Shown: positions 51,713-64,000 of the stretch, one piece after another
How positions within the stretch are numbered: position 1 is the first letter of the stretch
How the letters are laid out: each line of letters begins with the position of its first letter
Assembly: GCF_018977255.1 (NCBI RefSeq)
Contig: NW_024704743.1
Span: 107,262,001-107,326,000 of the forward strand
Length of the DNA: 64,000 nucleotides
Direction of reading: 5' to 3'
Source of the DNA: Callorhinchus milii
Taxonomy: Eukaryota
Translations under genes and position numbers: made by a program
Notes under the pieces: model-generated
Databases searched by the model: none
Told to the model about the DNA's origin: nothing
Seen by the model: the letters and a program-made list of their open reading frames with translations, nothing else

Positions 51713-53419
51713 AAGATACTTAAGTTATCTGAGCAAAGATTGAGTTCAGATAAGTTAATAAGTTCTGGTTAAATAGCAGGAAGCTTCAGTTTAAAGGCCT
51801 AAAGACTGTAGAAGGAAGAAAAGGCAGAGGAAGGTAAGGATTTCCAGTTCAAAAGGCCTGGGAAAGCATGGGTCATAGTAAAAGATGGCATGATGAGCTA
51901 TGAATTCAAATTAAGCTTTGTATCCAGAAATACTTTTATACATGTGTATATGTTCGTCATGCTATCTTGCATATATAGAGCAAACTCTACATGTATGTGA
52001 TGCAGTCTCATATATGTGTGAAGTAGTTTGAATTATATTTCAAGACTATTTCAAGGATTAATAAAAATCAATTGACCAATATTTTGCGCCTAGCAAGCAA
52101 GTGCTTGTTGGTGCAAGACTGCAATACTACAGGTGTGCTTGCCATATAAGAGAGTTTGCACTTAAACAATGAGGTTTGAAAAACTTTTCTTGCGCTTTTA
52201 CCGTTTTGAGTAGGAAGAAAAGGTCATTACCTCTTCTTTAACAACAGGCGACAAGCTGTAACCAAATTGCTTCAGGATTCGCTATGACTGATGGAAATGT
52301 CATTGCACGTTTATCAGCTCATGGTGTGGGGTGTGCACAACAATCTACTTCGCGTGAGCAAAATGGTTGTGACTCCAGCAGATCCACAAACCAGCAGATG
52401 TGCTCCTGCAGCTGTGGCTTAACGTCCACAATACCCACAAAATGCATTCTGCAATTTTATTTTGAGTCACAAAACTAGAACTGTACCTTAAAGCAACAAA
52501 AGGTCCACAAATCCATTGGGAGAGCTCTGCTTGAATAAACTGCACTGTGTTAAAAGTTAAGAATCTTGGTTTGTAGGAACCAAAATCTAAAAATAATGTG
52601 CTAAGATGAGCATTTTCTGATATGCTGAGTAAAGCTCACCATTCACTAGAAAGGCTCTGCTGTAGTCATCTGGTCCCAGAAGAAAGAAACCTGCTTTCAT
52701 ATTTAATTTCTATTACTGCAGCATTCAACTTTTTTTGCCTGAAATGAGGAATCGTTGTACTACAACAGCAAAAATGTGATATCCAATCTATCAGCCAATT
52801 ATGGGACAGTCGTATTTTACTTGGGGTTGGAGGGAGAAAAGAAGTTCAAAGCATATTTGGACTTTGGAGAATGCGCGTGGAGAAAGAGAGCCATCCTGAT
52901 AAGGGCAAGAGTCCAATAACTCTTTAAAAAGGGCTGAAAAACATTTTCTTAAAAATGCTGAGAATGCTTCTTCATAATATGTTTTAGTTCTTGAATGAGA
53001 AAATGAGTACTGGTCATTAACTGCCCCATATCCACCTATGCCTGCCAGGCAGTGCTCTCAATGGCAAGATATAGAGGTTTAGCTGGTTGGGCTCCAATGC
53101 ACACTCTTGCCAACCTGCGCCTAATTCTTTCCGGAATTAGGTAAGCAGGATGCATCCCTCTAGGGAGAGAGTGCATATTCCGTTCCAACAATCTATCTCT
53201 GGAATTTCTATCTGAGGTTGGATGCATGGCTTCTCAGTTAGGTTTGGATACTCAAGCATGGTGATGGGTTTCCGCATGTGTCAGACTTCCGGCTGTCCAA
53301 AACAAATAAATTCACCTATATTTCATTTATTATATCCACACTGGCAATAAGCCTTGTAGCAGTGAAATTGAAAAATGGGGCATTGGATACAGAATATGCA
53401 AAGTTATAGAAATAATCAA

Positions 53420-53790
53420 GTCAGGAAGATGTCTCAAGGCGTTTGACAGTACAGGATTGGTACCCAAGTTGATGGTGGGAGCCAGCAGGATGTAGGGAGC
53501 GGAAAGATCACCGAAGGCGCAGTTGAAGAGTAAAGTCTCAAGACAGACCTTAAAAGAGGTGAGAGAGAGAGGGTAAGTCAGAGGGACTCTGGAATAGAAC
53601 CAGAGCCTGGGGCAGATAGACTGAATGCCCATTATCAATGGTAGGTTAGGAAGGGCAGCACACAAGGTGCAAGGTGTTGCCCGCTGAGCAAAGGGAACAG
53701 CCTGGTTGGTACAGTTTGAGGAGGTCGCAGAAGTATAGTGGGGCAAGACTGTGATGGGATTTGAAAGCAAGGACAGGATGGGGAGCCAAT
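53420..53790 (-). mobile_element. L2 3' fragment
   Basis: Minus strand reads FKSHHSLAPLYFCDLL and FKVCLETLLFNCAF. Confidence 0.8.
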
Positions 53791-54380
53791 GGAGCTGAGG
53801 GTGAAAGGCTCGCGGAGTCTATTGAAGAAACAGTGCCCATGGGGCTTCTATGTGCAGGCAAACTGAGTTAATCAACATATCTGGAAGTGAACAGCTTGAG
53901 ACAGCTTCTGCCATTGTTGTTTGCATCAGTGAAGAGAGTGGTGAAAAATGATTTAATGCCAGTCAATAGGCTACATCGCAAACTGTGTTTCTTAAGATCT
54001 TCCTTGATATTCCAAAATCATTTAAAATCATCACAAATACAAACATGAGAGAGGCATAAAAAAGAGAATTAGTACAAAAAAAGAGTCACTAACTTTAAAA
54101 CTACATCCCTCATTTGCCAATGCTAAGCTAGTTGTTAACATCAAGCTTCTTTCAATTATATCTACTCTGCCCTACAAATAAGTACATTCTGTTTTGAAGC
54201 TTATAATTAAAATAATTTTATTGCACCCATTGAAACCCGGGCATTTGCATTGTTACGCTCTCATTCAGCTTTATTTACAAACAACAAGACAAATCCATCA
54301 ATGATACATTGATCTTGGGATGCTGGCCTCTAGGAACCTTTATTAATCAACAGAGGGACAAGTTTTGTAGCATTAATAGT

Positions 54381-54460
54381 AAGAGAGAGAGAGAGACACA
54401 CACACACACACACACAAGGAGAGAGAGAGAGGTGAGAGAGTAAGACAAGAGAGAGAAAGA
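54381..54460 (+). repeat. Compound (GA)n(CA)n microsatellite
   Basis: Read directly. Confidence 0.9.
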
Positions 54461-55420
54461 AGTTTGTTGGCTTTTTGAATTACAATATCAATCTAAGACA
54501 GAAAAAATAATCAGAACAAGTACTTGTCCTCCTGCCTTGGCATAATAGATGGCAACCAACTCCCAGGCTTCTTACAATGTCGCTCTGCACACATTGATTA
54601 AGAAATGTGATGAAGTGACCCAGGTTGACTGACCTTCCCCTTTCTTCTCCCCGCTTCCACTCAACGACTCTCCTCAACAATCCAGCTTAGCTGAGACAAT
54701 GTTGTGCAAACCTACATCACTGAATACCTACTGGTGATAATCATACAGGTAACATGATCATAATACAGGTAACATGAAATCCTAGCATGTTCTGATACAC
54801 CACACCACACTGAATTCTTACCTTCCCAATATTGCTCTTTCCATAGTCAGCAATTCTAAACAGTTCTGCGTTACTCTAATCTGGTTTTATGATTAATTTT
54901 GTTTCTCTTACATTACACTGGATTTAAAATTTACACGTTAAGTAGTGCACAGCGGGATCTGAAGTGCACTATCCATAACAGGAGTTATAAATGACAACTT
55001 GTAGTTGTAAGTAGAAGTGTCTCTACCAGACACAAGAGATCTCTGCTCTAACATGATCTAATTCCAGGGAGGAGTTTACTTATCTCAGCTGGGTGGAAGT
55101 AGGCATTTCTTAGTGATAGTAAAAATATAATCACCTGAGCACTCCAATGAATTATACAGAAGCTCTCTCTGGTAACACTTTGTGTCACTTTCTCCATCAC
55201 ATTTTAAAAAAAGCATAACAAGTACTCCTATGTTCAGTACATTCTTTTAGCTCCCAACAGTGGCAGAAACATTTCTTAGTCATTATGTTAAGGGAATGGT
55301 GTCGTTAATTTCCTCCACCCCATCACAGTATTAGCATTTGAGGAGAAATGTCATGCTGACTGCAAGTAGCACTAATACTACAATCCACCAGCGATTTGCT
55401 CCACAGTAGCAGGAGAATGA

Positions 55421-55700
55421 AACCAACAACTTGCATTTATATAGCACCCTTCACGCCGGATGGCATTTCAGAGAGCTTAACAATGGCGGAGCCCGATGCT
55501 AAGGCATGGGGGCAGGGGAAGGTGACTGTAGGCAAGGTCAAAGTGGAAGGTCTTCAAGAGAGACCTGAAAATGGGGAGAGGGAACAAGGCGAAGGGATTG
55601 AGGAAGAGAGTTCCACAGCTTCGGGGTGTAGTGGCTGAAAGCACTGCCACCGATGGTGGGGCGAAGGGTCTGGGGGTCAAGAAGGATGCCAAGGAGGAGT
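55421..55700 (-). mobile_element. L2 3' fragment
   Basis: aacaacttgcatttatatagcacccttcacg...ggtcttcaagagagacctgaa...gagttccacag. Confidence 0.8.
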
Positions 55701-56907
55701 AAAACTGAAATGGCTGAAGCGAGAGACTGGACTTTCTCTCTTTGACAGAAAACCTGCAGAAACAGAAAACTAAGATGCTCAACTTAAGCTGTTTGGCCAG
55801 TTTGTACTTATATTCAAAAATAACCTTGACTAGACAGTTACAAAGGCAGATGATTTCCTGAACTGCAAAAGTGCATCCTGCTGTGAATCTGCTGTTATTC
55901 TTATTTGAGAATTTTGCCATTTTACATAGAATTACATATGGCACAGGCTCTTCAGCCCAATTAGTCTGTGCCAGTGCTTATATGCCACGTAAGGCTCTAA
56001 CCCTCCTATTCGCCTCTCCTATACTCTATTCAACTACTGGGGTATGGGGAAAGGGCAAGTAAATAAATCGAGCTCGGGTGCAAACATTTGACTGTCCAGC
56101 ATCTTGGGACTTTTTCCTGACATGAAATGCACTATATAAATGCAACTTGTATGCTTGTTTATAAATAGAAAGGATTGCTCTTAGAAGAACTAATGCAGTC
56201 ACGATGGGAAAAAATGGCCTTCTTCAATGCTGTAAATTTCTATGGTTCTAATTTCTTCTCCTTCATGTATGCATTTCTTAAATACGTTGATGCTTTTTGC
56301 TTCTTTGGGATTATTGGAGAGTAGGGTGAGAAACGGAATATATGATGTGATAATTATCAGATGGGATAATTTAAGATGGGATTGGTGAAGTGTTTCTTGT
56401 TTAGTGCACGAGTAGAGTGGGTGTGTAGATCTAGATGTAAACTGCTTTTACTCCGTAGTTCAACACCCTTCTCGCCAGAATATACTGTACATATTCAATG
56501 GCCTCAACCCAATTTACCTCTGTGACAATACTGCGCTGACAGCTCCCTCTGTACAGCAAAAATGTTCTTGTTGTTACTTGAGTGCATCCCATACAGAAGT
56601 TAGGATTTTCCTCTCGCTACTTCCTTTGAACACTCAAACTCATCTCTGGTTGACATCTGAAACTTCAACAATGAATCTTACAATATAGTGCAGCTGCGCT
56701 TATGTATACATTTCCCTGTATGAAGCCGTATATTACAAGTTATAGTATCTGATGTCTGAATCACAGTCTTCCAAAAGCTTTATAACAATATAAAAGGTGC
56801 AGTGATCTTTACGATGTGACAAACCCAGCAGATTTTACATCAAGTTGTTTAATTGTTTCCCAGTGAGTCTTTTATCCAAATTGTTAACATTTGCATCTCG
56901 CTTGCAG

Positions 56908-56998
56908 ATAATATCCTTGCATTTGATATAGCACCTTATATTATAAGGTCCTCTTGTTTGTGAAACAAGTGCTCTAACTACTAAACTACAGGACTCCA
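56908..56998 (-). mobile_element. Internally deleted tRNA-Ala SINE (head fused to tail)
   Basis: Tail atccttgcatttgatatagc and head aagtgctctaactactaaactacaggactcca lie only about 35 bp apart. Confidence 0.8.
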
Positions 56999-59900
56999 GA
57001 TGTTTCTAAGTATAAAAAAAAGTCCTTAATCTGTATTTCTACATTTGAAGCAATAATGTTTAAAAGCTTATTTAGATTTTGGTATAAGGTTACATGATGT
57101 ACTGCCTATTACATACACTACTCTTCTGAGTAGTTTTGCGTATTTGGGTGATGTTAATCACTGGCTAGGCCATGGGCAACCTTAGGCTTGAGGGTCTAGT
57201 TTGAATAATGAGAAGGTAGCAGAAGCCATTGGATTTGGGATGGATTTCATTCGCCAGGGGTTGGCGGACATGGAAGCTCAAGAGTAATTCATATCAATGG
57301 TTTCAGTGGCAACAGTCTTCTTGCTGTTGGGTCCTAGAGAAAGAGGAGTCTTAATTTGTGTATACATGTGTGTGTGGGTGTGTATGGGGGTGGACAGAGG
57401 GAAGGAAGGTTTCATTGAGTGCATTATATGTTCAGATGAGTAGATATCCCACAGGTTATCAGGGTTTTGGGTTTGAGGCCCATCTGGATATATGTGTGAG
57501 GAATGCCAAAAATCAGATGGTTATTTTTGCTGGTCCAATTTAAATTGAAGCAGAAAGCATAATTCAGGCCCCCAGCTCATATTACTGTACTGCCTTGGCA
57601 CGTGGAGATGCTGAATCTGGGTGTTTCTTTTTTTTAAAATGAGATATTGTGCAGTGTAAGAACTTAAGCAATATTGGGAGTCGGGCATCTTCCCAGTCTG
57701 CATGGCTCACTTACACAATAGACAATGTCATTACCAAGTGCAAGTTAGGGTTTAATAAGTAATTTGTAAACTTTCACAGTTTGTTATTGCACTGGCAGTC
57801 ATTGAAATAAACTGTAACAGGCCCTTTCCACCGTTCGACAAGAGCTGCCCGTGTTAACCTGGTATGTTAATTGTGTTAATCTAAGACCACCACTGAACTC
57901 TTGTGAAGTGAGAATTAATGTCAGAAACAAAACCATTTCCTTTTTACTTTCAGCTAGCAAGAGAGCCACCCTTTTTTTTACTGCAGCATGTTGATGTGAA
58001 ATGCACGAGTTGAGCTTTATGGTACTTGACGGAAACCCTATTCTGCATAAAATTCCTTTTCATTCTAATAATAACCAATCCAGCTTAGAATGAATAAAGA
58101 TAACATGCCACTTGGAAGTATCAATCCCACAAATCTTGAGGACGTTCCATTATCAGCAAGCCACAGTCAGAACGCCTATGATGTTCAGGCATAATGCATC
58201 TTGTTTAACCCTTAAGAAAAAAAACTGTGGTTTCATATGTTTTCACATTATGTGCTAAACATTTAATCCAATTACTCTATTTTTTTGATTTGATTTTTAA
58301 TGGACTCAGAACCTTAATTGTTTTGCGGTTTCAAAGTAAGTTTCTTGACAGTCGAAAAATGTGTGGCTTGTAGTAATGTATACAAAGGATCTTTTATGAA
58401 CCTTTTTTTCTGCTTCTTAGTAGCCTTGGTCCATGATTTATTTTTTAAAAAAGCTAGCAAACCTGCATATTAATTTCTCTCATTTTGTTTTGCAGATATT
58501 TATTGATATAATATAATTTCAGTGGACAGTAATGGGATTTTATTAAATCCAAATGTTCTCCAGAGACAGCTCTACAATTTCATGGATTACAAGTAAACCA
58601 CAACGAGCGTAAAAGAATATTATCACTACTCAATTGGTGTTACTGCTTGAAATTTTTTGCTTGGTGTTCCCTTTCTAACAAAAATAAAGAACTCTGTATA
58701 AATAAAGTTAAATAAAAGACCCATTCTAATGGTAATTTGGATTGAGGTAGTCTGCATATGATTCCAAGTTTCTAAAGGGGCCCATTTCAAGGGGCATTCA
58801 CATAGATCAAAACAGCCTGCAGCTTAACATTTTACTTATCTACTTAAACTTAACACAATGTACATATAGAAGAAAACATCAAATTTATATTCAATCAAGC
58901 AATAAAGTTGCAGAATTGTGCTTTTCTAATTTTACACTATTTACTAAAAACTTTTATAGTTGATTATTAAATTATGTTTTATAAAAGGTATGGGGGGGTG
59001 GGGTTGTGTTTTTTCTAAACACATTCCATTCCTTAGTTAAGGGACGGCATTCATTAAAGAACGGAATGTATTACAGAATACGGCAATGTTCCCCTCAATG
59101 AACATTTTTGCTGTTAGTCAAGGTTCTGATCCAGCTTTCCCCTAATCATTGCTCGGAGATCATGGGTTAGGCAATTTTGAATTAATGGAATTAACCTGAG
59201 GATGACAGATAGATCACTGGGAAAAAATATTGCAGTGCATAAGGTGCCTGAATGAGGCATCGACCAGCATCATGTGATTATTCACAATTGCCAGCCGAGC
59301 TGTAAATGTTGTTCCTGGCTTTCTAATCATACTTCCTTTTTCAATCTTTCTTGAATCTTAAGTGAGTGCAAGATTAATCTATTGCATATAAAAAAATCAT
59401 TAAAGTACTGTTATTAATTGCTATTGGTTCTTTTCCGTGGGTCACTTGCATTTATTTACTTTTTTTAAATAAAAACAGAACTCTGGTACATATGTAGTGC
59501 ATCAATTGTTTTCTCTGGTGTAACACATTCAAAACTATTTGCTTGGAGAGCGCATTCGGTAGCTAGTGTAAAAACATGACAGGATGTTTGCCTTTCACAG
59601 CCTTATTGCCAGAGTTGATAGGGAGGGGCGAAGCACCAAAACCCTCAGCTCCCAAAGAGGCCCTAGCAGAGCTACAAAAGAAACATCTGCATTTGAATTC
59701 TAAACAATGAATAAATCTGAAAAACGTCTGTTTTACTTGTATTTTTCGGTAGTTCAATAAAATTTGTAGCAGACTGGCAACGTGTAACCTTAGCAAACTC
59801 TGGTTGTTTTGGTTTAAACTCATACATATAACCCAAATGAACAAGTAAGTTATTTCTAATCTTGAAGCAGGACAAACATTTTCAGCCTAATGCAATATTA

Positions 59901-60084
59901 CAAGAATAGAATTTATGGAAATTCTACTGGACAACAAGAGTTTAGTCGGAATTCTTGATGTTAAAGAAAATTTATGGTGCTTTTTTAAGAAAAGAATACA
60001 ACTGGATCCCCTAGCCTTCATGCAGAGAATATCTAGTGTCTGTCGATGAATCTGAATATTGGGGAAGCAAATGGACCAAATATT

Positions 60085-60540
60085 TCATAAATTATGAAAT
60101 TCAGATAGACCAAGAATGCTGGACTGATACAACAGGTCATTTGTGAATTGCTGTTCTTCTTCAACTTTGAATAAAATGTATTTTGTCAGATCAGAATACT
60201 CTCTAAACTTGTCACATTTAGTGGCAAGCTTTTTTTTGTTAATTATGACAAGAGTTAGAATGGACTTCATTGGGGAAATTCCTGTTAGATTCTCCAGAGA
60301 ATTGTTACAAAGAGGCTTGAAGGAATACATCAAGCAGGCAAGCAAGCCCAAGAACCCCATTAAGTCTTGAAGAGAGTGGTGATGAAGAGCTGATGCATCA
60401 GATCTGAGATTGCTGAAAGGAATGGGTGACAATTGTTGGGTGGGATTAGGTAAAAGTAAAAGTTTGACTCACTCTGTGAAACTGGTGAAGATATCACTCA
60501 TAGATAAGTGGAACATATGTAGGACATCACTACCAGGCAT
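60085..60540 (-). mobile_element. Ancient CR1-group RT remnant
   Basis: PGS..HMFHLSMSDI...SDASAL...LQDL...MYSFKPLC resembles QGS..LF.IY.ND...D...LQ.DL...M.FN..KC. Confidence 0.4.
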
Positions 60541-63309
60541 TCAAAGGAACAGGTGAGAGGCTCAAAGGGACAGGTGAGATAATTTGCAATGCACTCCTAA
60601 GGCGGCTAAAAGGAGTAGGTAAAAAGAAATGCATGGGTCCAATGAGAATGGTTGAAAGGCAAAGGGAGCAGAGATTACATATAATCTCTCCTCAAGGACT
60701 TTGGGAAGTGCTACAAAAAAACAGTAGCTTGTAACATACTGTGAAACTAGCAAAAAGAACTAAAAAAAATAAACCTGGTGCAGAGCAGCGTTGGGGCAAG
60801 CGAAGAAGGATGAAAGAGACATGTGAGAAGTATTGTGTATAACCAGCAGTAGGGGTGCAAGGGGAGTGGTGTAGAATTGAGTGCATTATGTGTACAATTA
60901 CTGTAGCTCCATGACGCTGTCCAGCCTGAAGGTCGCAATATAAATGCAAGTTGTTGCAGTGTGAGATTTTAACCAATGAGGCAGCACAGAATTAAAGGGA
61001 AAGCAGTTAAAAAGACTAAATTTATCAAGTAAATTATTATTTTTTGTGATAATTATAATGTTATATTAATATTAATGACCACAGGACTAGGTTAGATATA
61101 AGGAACTGAGGGAGAACAGGAAATTTGACAGGCGTGAATTTAATTAAAGTCATGTGCTGCACCTTAATTAATCCCATGCTAATGAGACTTCATACAGTTC
61201 AAAATAGTGCAGCGATCACAGATCTCACAGCATTCAGCAGGTGGCATTCAACAGGTTCTCGAGCCAAATGCATGGTATAATATGGGATATCTTAAAGAAC
61301 AGAATGGAAAGTCATTCCTGTCAAGTTTACATTTCAACCCTTCAGCATCTGTTTCTGTTGGCCCACCATAGGTCAGCATTAAAACCAAACACGTCCAATA
61401 AACTTCTAAAGCCTCCCGAAATGCACATTTACCTCCTCCAATGCTCCAAGTGTACTTTTACTAACATGTTTGATGGAATTGCACTGTTTGGCAACAACCA
61501 ATCCCACTAAGTCCTTCAGAGAATTTCTCTTGAAAATAAATCAGAGGACTATGGCAAATGCACTCTCCCACCCACCCCCACTCTCCAATTGATCCAGCCA
61601 AATTTCACACATCCAGTTTTTTTAAAATTCAAGCATAATTTCAGAATGCACAGGTCAGCAAAAGTGGCCTCAGCAATTAAAGCATTTAATCACTGCCTCA
61701 TAAAGGTAAAGAATCAAAAAAATAATTTAATTTGGAAGTATTATTTGAATTCTTTATTTAACAACTGGTCTGCAGACATCCCAACACAATTTTACCATAA
61801 TACAAATCAGTCTGAGGTATTTTTTTTATTTCAAAACACTGGCAACAGTATGAGGGCTGAATATTCAGCTTCTGTAGCCAAGTGAACTAGCGCAGGTCAA
61901 AAGATCAAATCTAAAAATGAGATCACTAAATTTTCACAGCATGATGGTTAAGTAATAAATAATGTGTTCCCATTCAGTCCAAACATTAAGTCTTTTATGT
62001 GGCCTGAAGGCACAATCTTTTGGCTGTGACCATTAAGTGTAACCATAGTAACGGACACATTTATTTCTTGGATTAGTCTACCACTGAAAATATTAACGTA
62101 ATGCACTAAATGGGGATTTACCATAATCTGTTGATGGTAGGATGAAGTTTTAAAAGGTCCAATGCCCTTTCAATGCAGAAAATATTATACCTTGAGAAAA
62201 TAGCCTGTTGCCAAGTGGTGAGATCTATTAAATAACCAACCAGCCATTTTACACTCTATTGCGATCAGGGCTTAGCAAAACAAAATGTATGCAAACCTTT
62301 CTCTGCAACAAGGCATCCACGTCAAGTTTTAAAATTGTTCCACATATATTATTTACATATACTGCATTATATACTGTATAATGCAGCATAAATCACAGTT
62401 CATTGAATAAGAAACAGCTGCTTTAAAAGCATACAAGAAATGTGTTTGTTTCCACAAGTGCTTACTTTAAACATAAATAACTCAAACAAATAATGGAGTG
62501 AAGGTTTAGCAAAAAAAAGTGTAAAACTTTATCACCCTGTACTTCCAATTATTGAGGAAAAAAACATGTGTTTTAACATCAGAGCTTTCTGAGATAATTG
62601 TAACATTTATAACTATAATTCTTTTGAGACAATGTATTATGATAAAATTACTGAACAACATTTAGTTAAATTCACTGTAATATCATAGTGCAGACACAAA
62701 ATGTTTCCACTTGCTAAAAGAGACACGTTTTATACTTTATAAAAATTCATCAGTTTTAATTCAGCAGAACAAGCCTTCCTTTATTTTAACTTAATCAAAG
62801 GTTTTGCAAAGCTTAAGAACATTTCATGACCCTTCAATGATATTTCTATTTGTTTTGTTTGGAAAGCTAAGCAGTTTAGCTTTAGTTGGTTTTATTAAGC
62901 AACCATTAGCTGAGCAGTGTTTCGTTTTGTTTACCTATTGAATTAACACAACAAAAAGTGTTAAAATGAACAAACAGACCAAACCAATGGGAAAATAAAC
63001 AATAACATGTTTTTAATATAAAACCAAACATTGCTTGATGTTGATATCTGAAGATTTTGAAAATAAATTTGTATAGACATTAGAGCACCTTCAAAGGATT
63101 TTGTAGCATTTGAGTTGATATACAGTTGCCAGCCTGGAGTCTAGGCAGATTGCTCCATCATTCAATTTAAATATTTAAAGTCTCAATTTGCATTTCCTTT
63201 TTGCTTTGGTCAAAAAATACCATATCACAAATTAGCTAATGTGCTTCGCTTCTGTCCATTCCTGAAATTCTAATTTATCATAAGAAGCAATAGAAATTAA
63301 AGTATTTTT

Positions 63310-63530
63310 GGGAACAAAATTTACTCTAACTTTGTAGCATTTCAGAGGTTCAGAAATCTGACAAATTGTTGAATTCAGTCTTAAATTTGAATGTAGTTCT
63401 TAAAAAAAACTTACATTAAAAACTGCTTCAAAATGAAGGCTGCATTTATAATAATATTTACTGCATTTACCAAAATCTAAAACCCTACCGAAATAAGAGT
63501 AACTCTAAACCCACTGAATTTCCACACCGA
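63310..63530. mobile_element. Palindromic MITE-like element (degraded)
   Basis: atttactcta..gtagcatttcagag..aaattgttgaattcagtcttaa...aagagtaactctaaaccc..gaatttcc. Confidence 0.65.
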
Positions 63531-63767
63531 GATGGCTTGGAGGTGCAAAATGTTGCTGTCTTATTGGACAGCATCAGTTCCACAGGATCATTGTACTCAG
63601 AATCTCTTTCCCTACTCCCCCATCATGGAAACCACAAGTCACAAGACTGGTTTGGATAAAGAAGACTCTTCAGTCCATCTGATCTTATCCTTCCAGAATA
63701 CCCACCTGCTGTTTCTACATCAAGCTGCTTTTTTAAACGAGTCCAGTGTCCCAGCTTCAACCACCTT

Positions 63768-63900
63768 TTCTGTAGCATTTCAGAGATCCGGAATTTGGTA
63801 AATCTTTTGTCAGTCTTACTTCAGTCTCAATTTCCTGTAATTCCTCAATGAAACTTACAGAAAACCTGCTTTATAAAGCTGAACAAAATTAAATTTAACC
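63768..63900. mobile_element. Partial copy of the palindromic MITE-like family
   Basis: ctgtagcatttcagagatccggaatttggtaa...tgaaacttacagaaaac. Confidence 0.6.
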
Positions 63901-64000
63901 CATTGCAAATATGTAGAGGGAAGATTGTTATTTCTAGCTCTGAATCTCAGCGTGGTTCTCTAGGAGGAGCATAAAAAAGGAATACTTCCTCACATGGAAA

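Noticed and set aside
54815..54870. Minus-strand mini-exon RIADYGKSNIGK|gtaaga
   Set aside because: Weak acceptor, in-frame stop just upstream, and too short to be significant.
1..64000. CRISPR array, operon or prokaryotic defence system
   Set aside because: The sequence is vertebrate repeat-rich DNA; recurring motifs are dispersed retroelement tails, not regularly spaced repeats.
1..64000. Retroelement strand bias indicating host-gene orientation
   Set aside because: SINE and CR1 copies lean minus, but L2 stubs are roughly balanced; too few copies to infer anything.

Overview
This is AT-rich eukaryotic (vertebrate) non-coding DNA, not prokaryotic. The repeat content points to a cartilaginous fish, possibly a holocephalan (inference): tRNA-Ala-headed SINEs with L2-type tails, Deu-domain SINEs, AmnSINE2-like SINEs, and L2, CR1 and RTE LINE debris. 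I found no convincing host protein-coding exon, RNA gene, CRISPR array or intact autonomous transposon, so the window looks like a large intron or gene desert. Every ORF with recognisable motifs is a broken non-LTR reverse transcriptase remnant or a SINE read-through. The most notable items are: (i) an unclassified ~230-bp palindromic MITE-like family; (ii) a dispersed CCAAT/TATA/CRE promoter-like repeat; (iii) multi-layer nested insertions; (iv) a 3' stem-loop shared by SINEs and L2 with three alternative terminal repeats; (v) several perfect fold-back palindromes resembling repair scars; (vi) repeat-free, homeodomain-motif-rich blocks that may be conserved enhancers. I do not see a new multi-gene system. 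Family names come from recalled consensus sequences, not a database search, and boundaries of old repeats are approximate.
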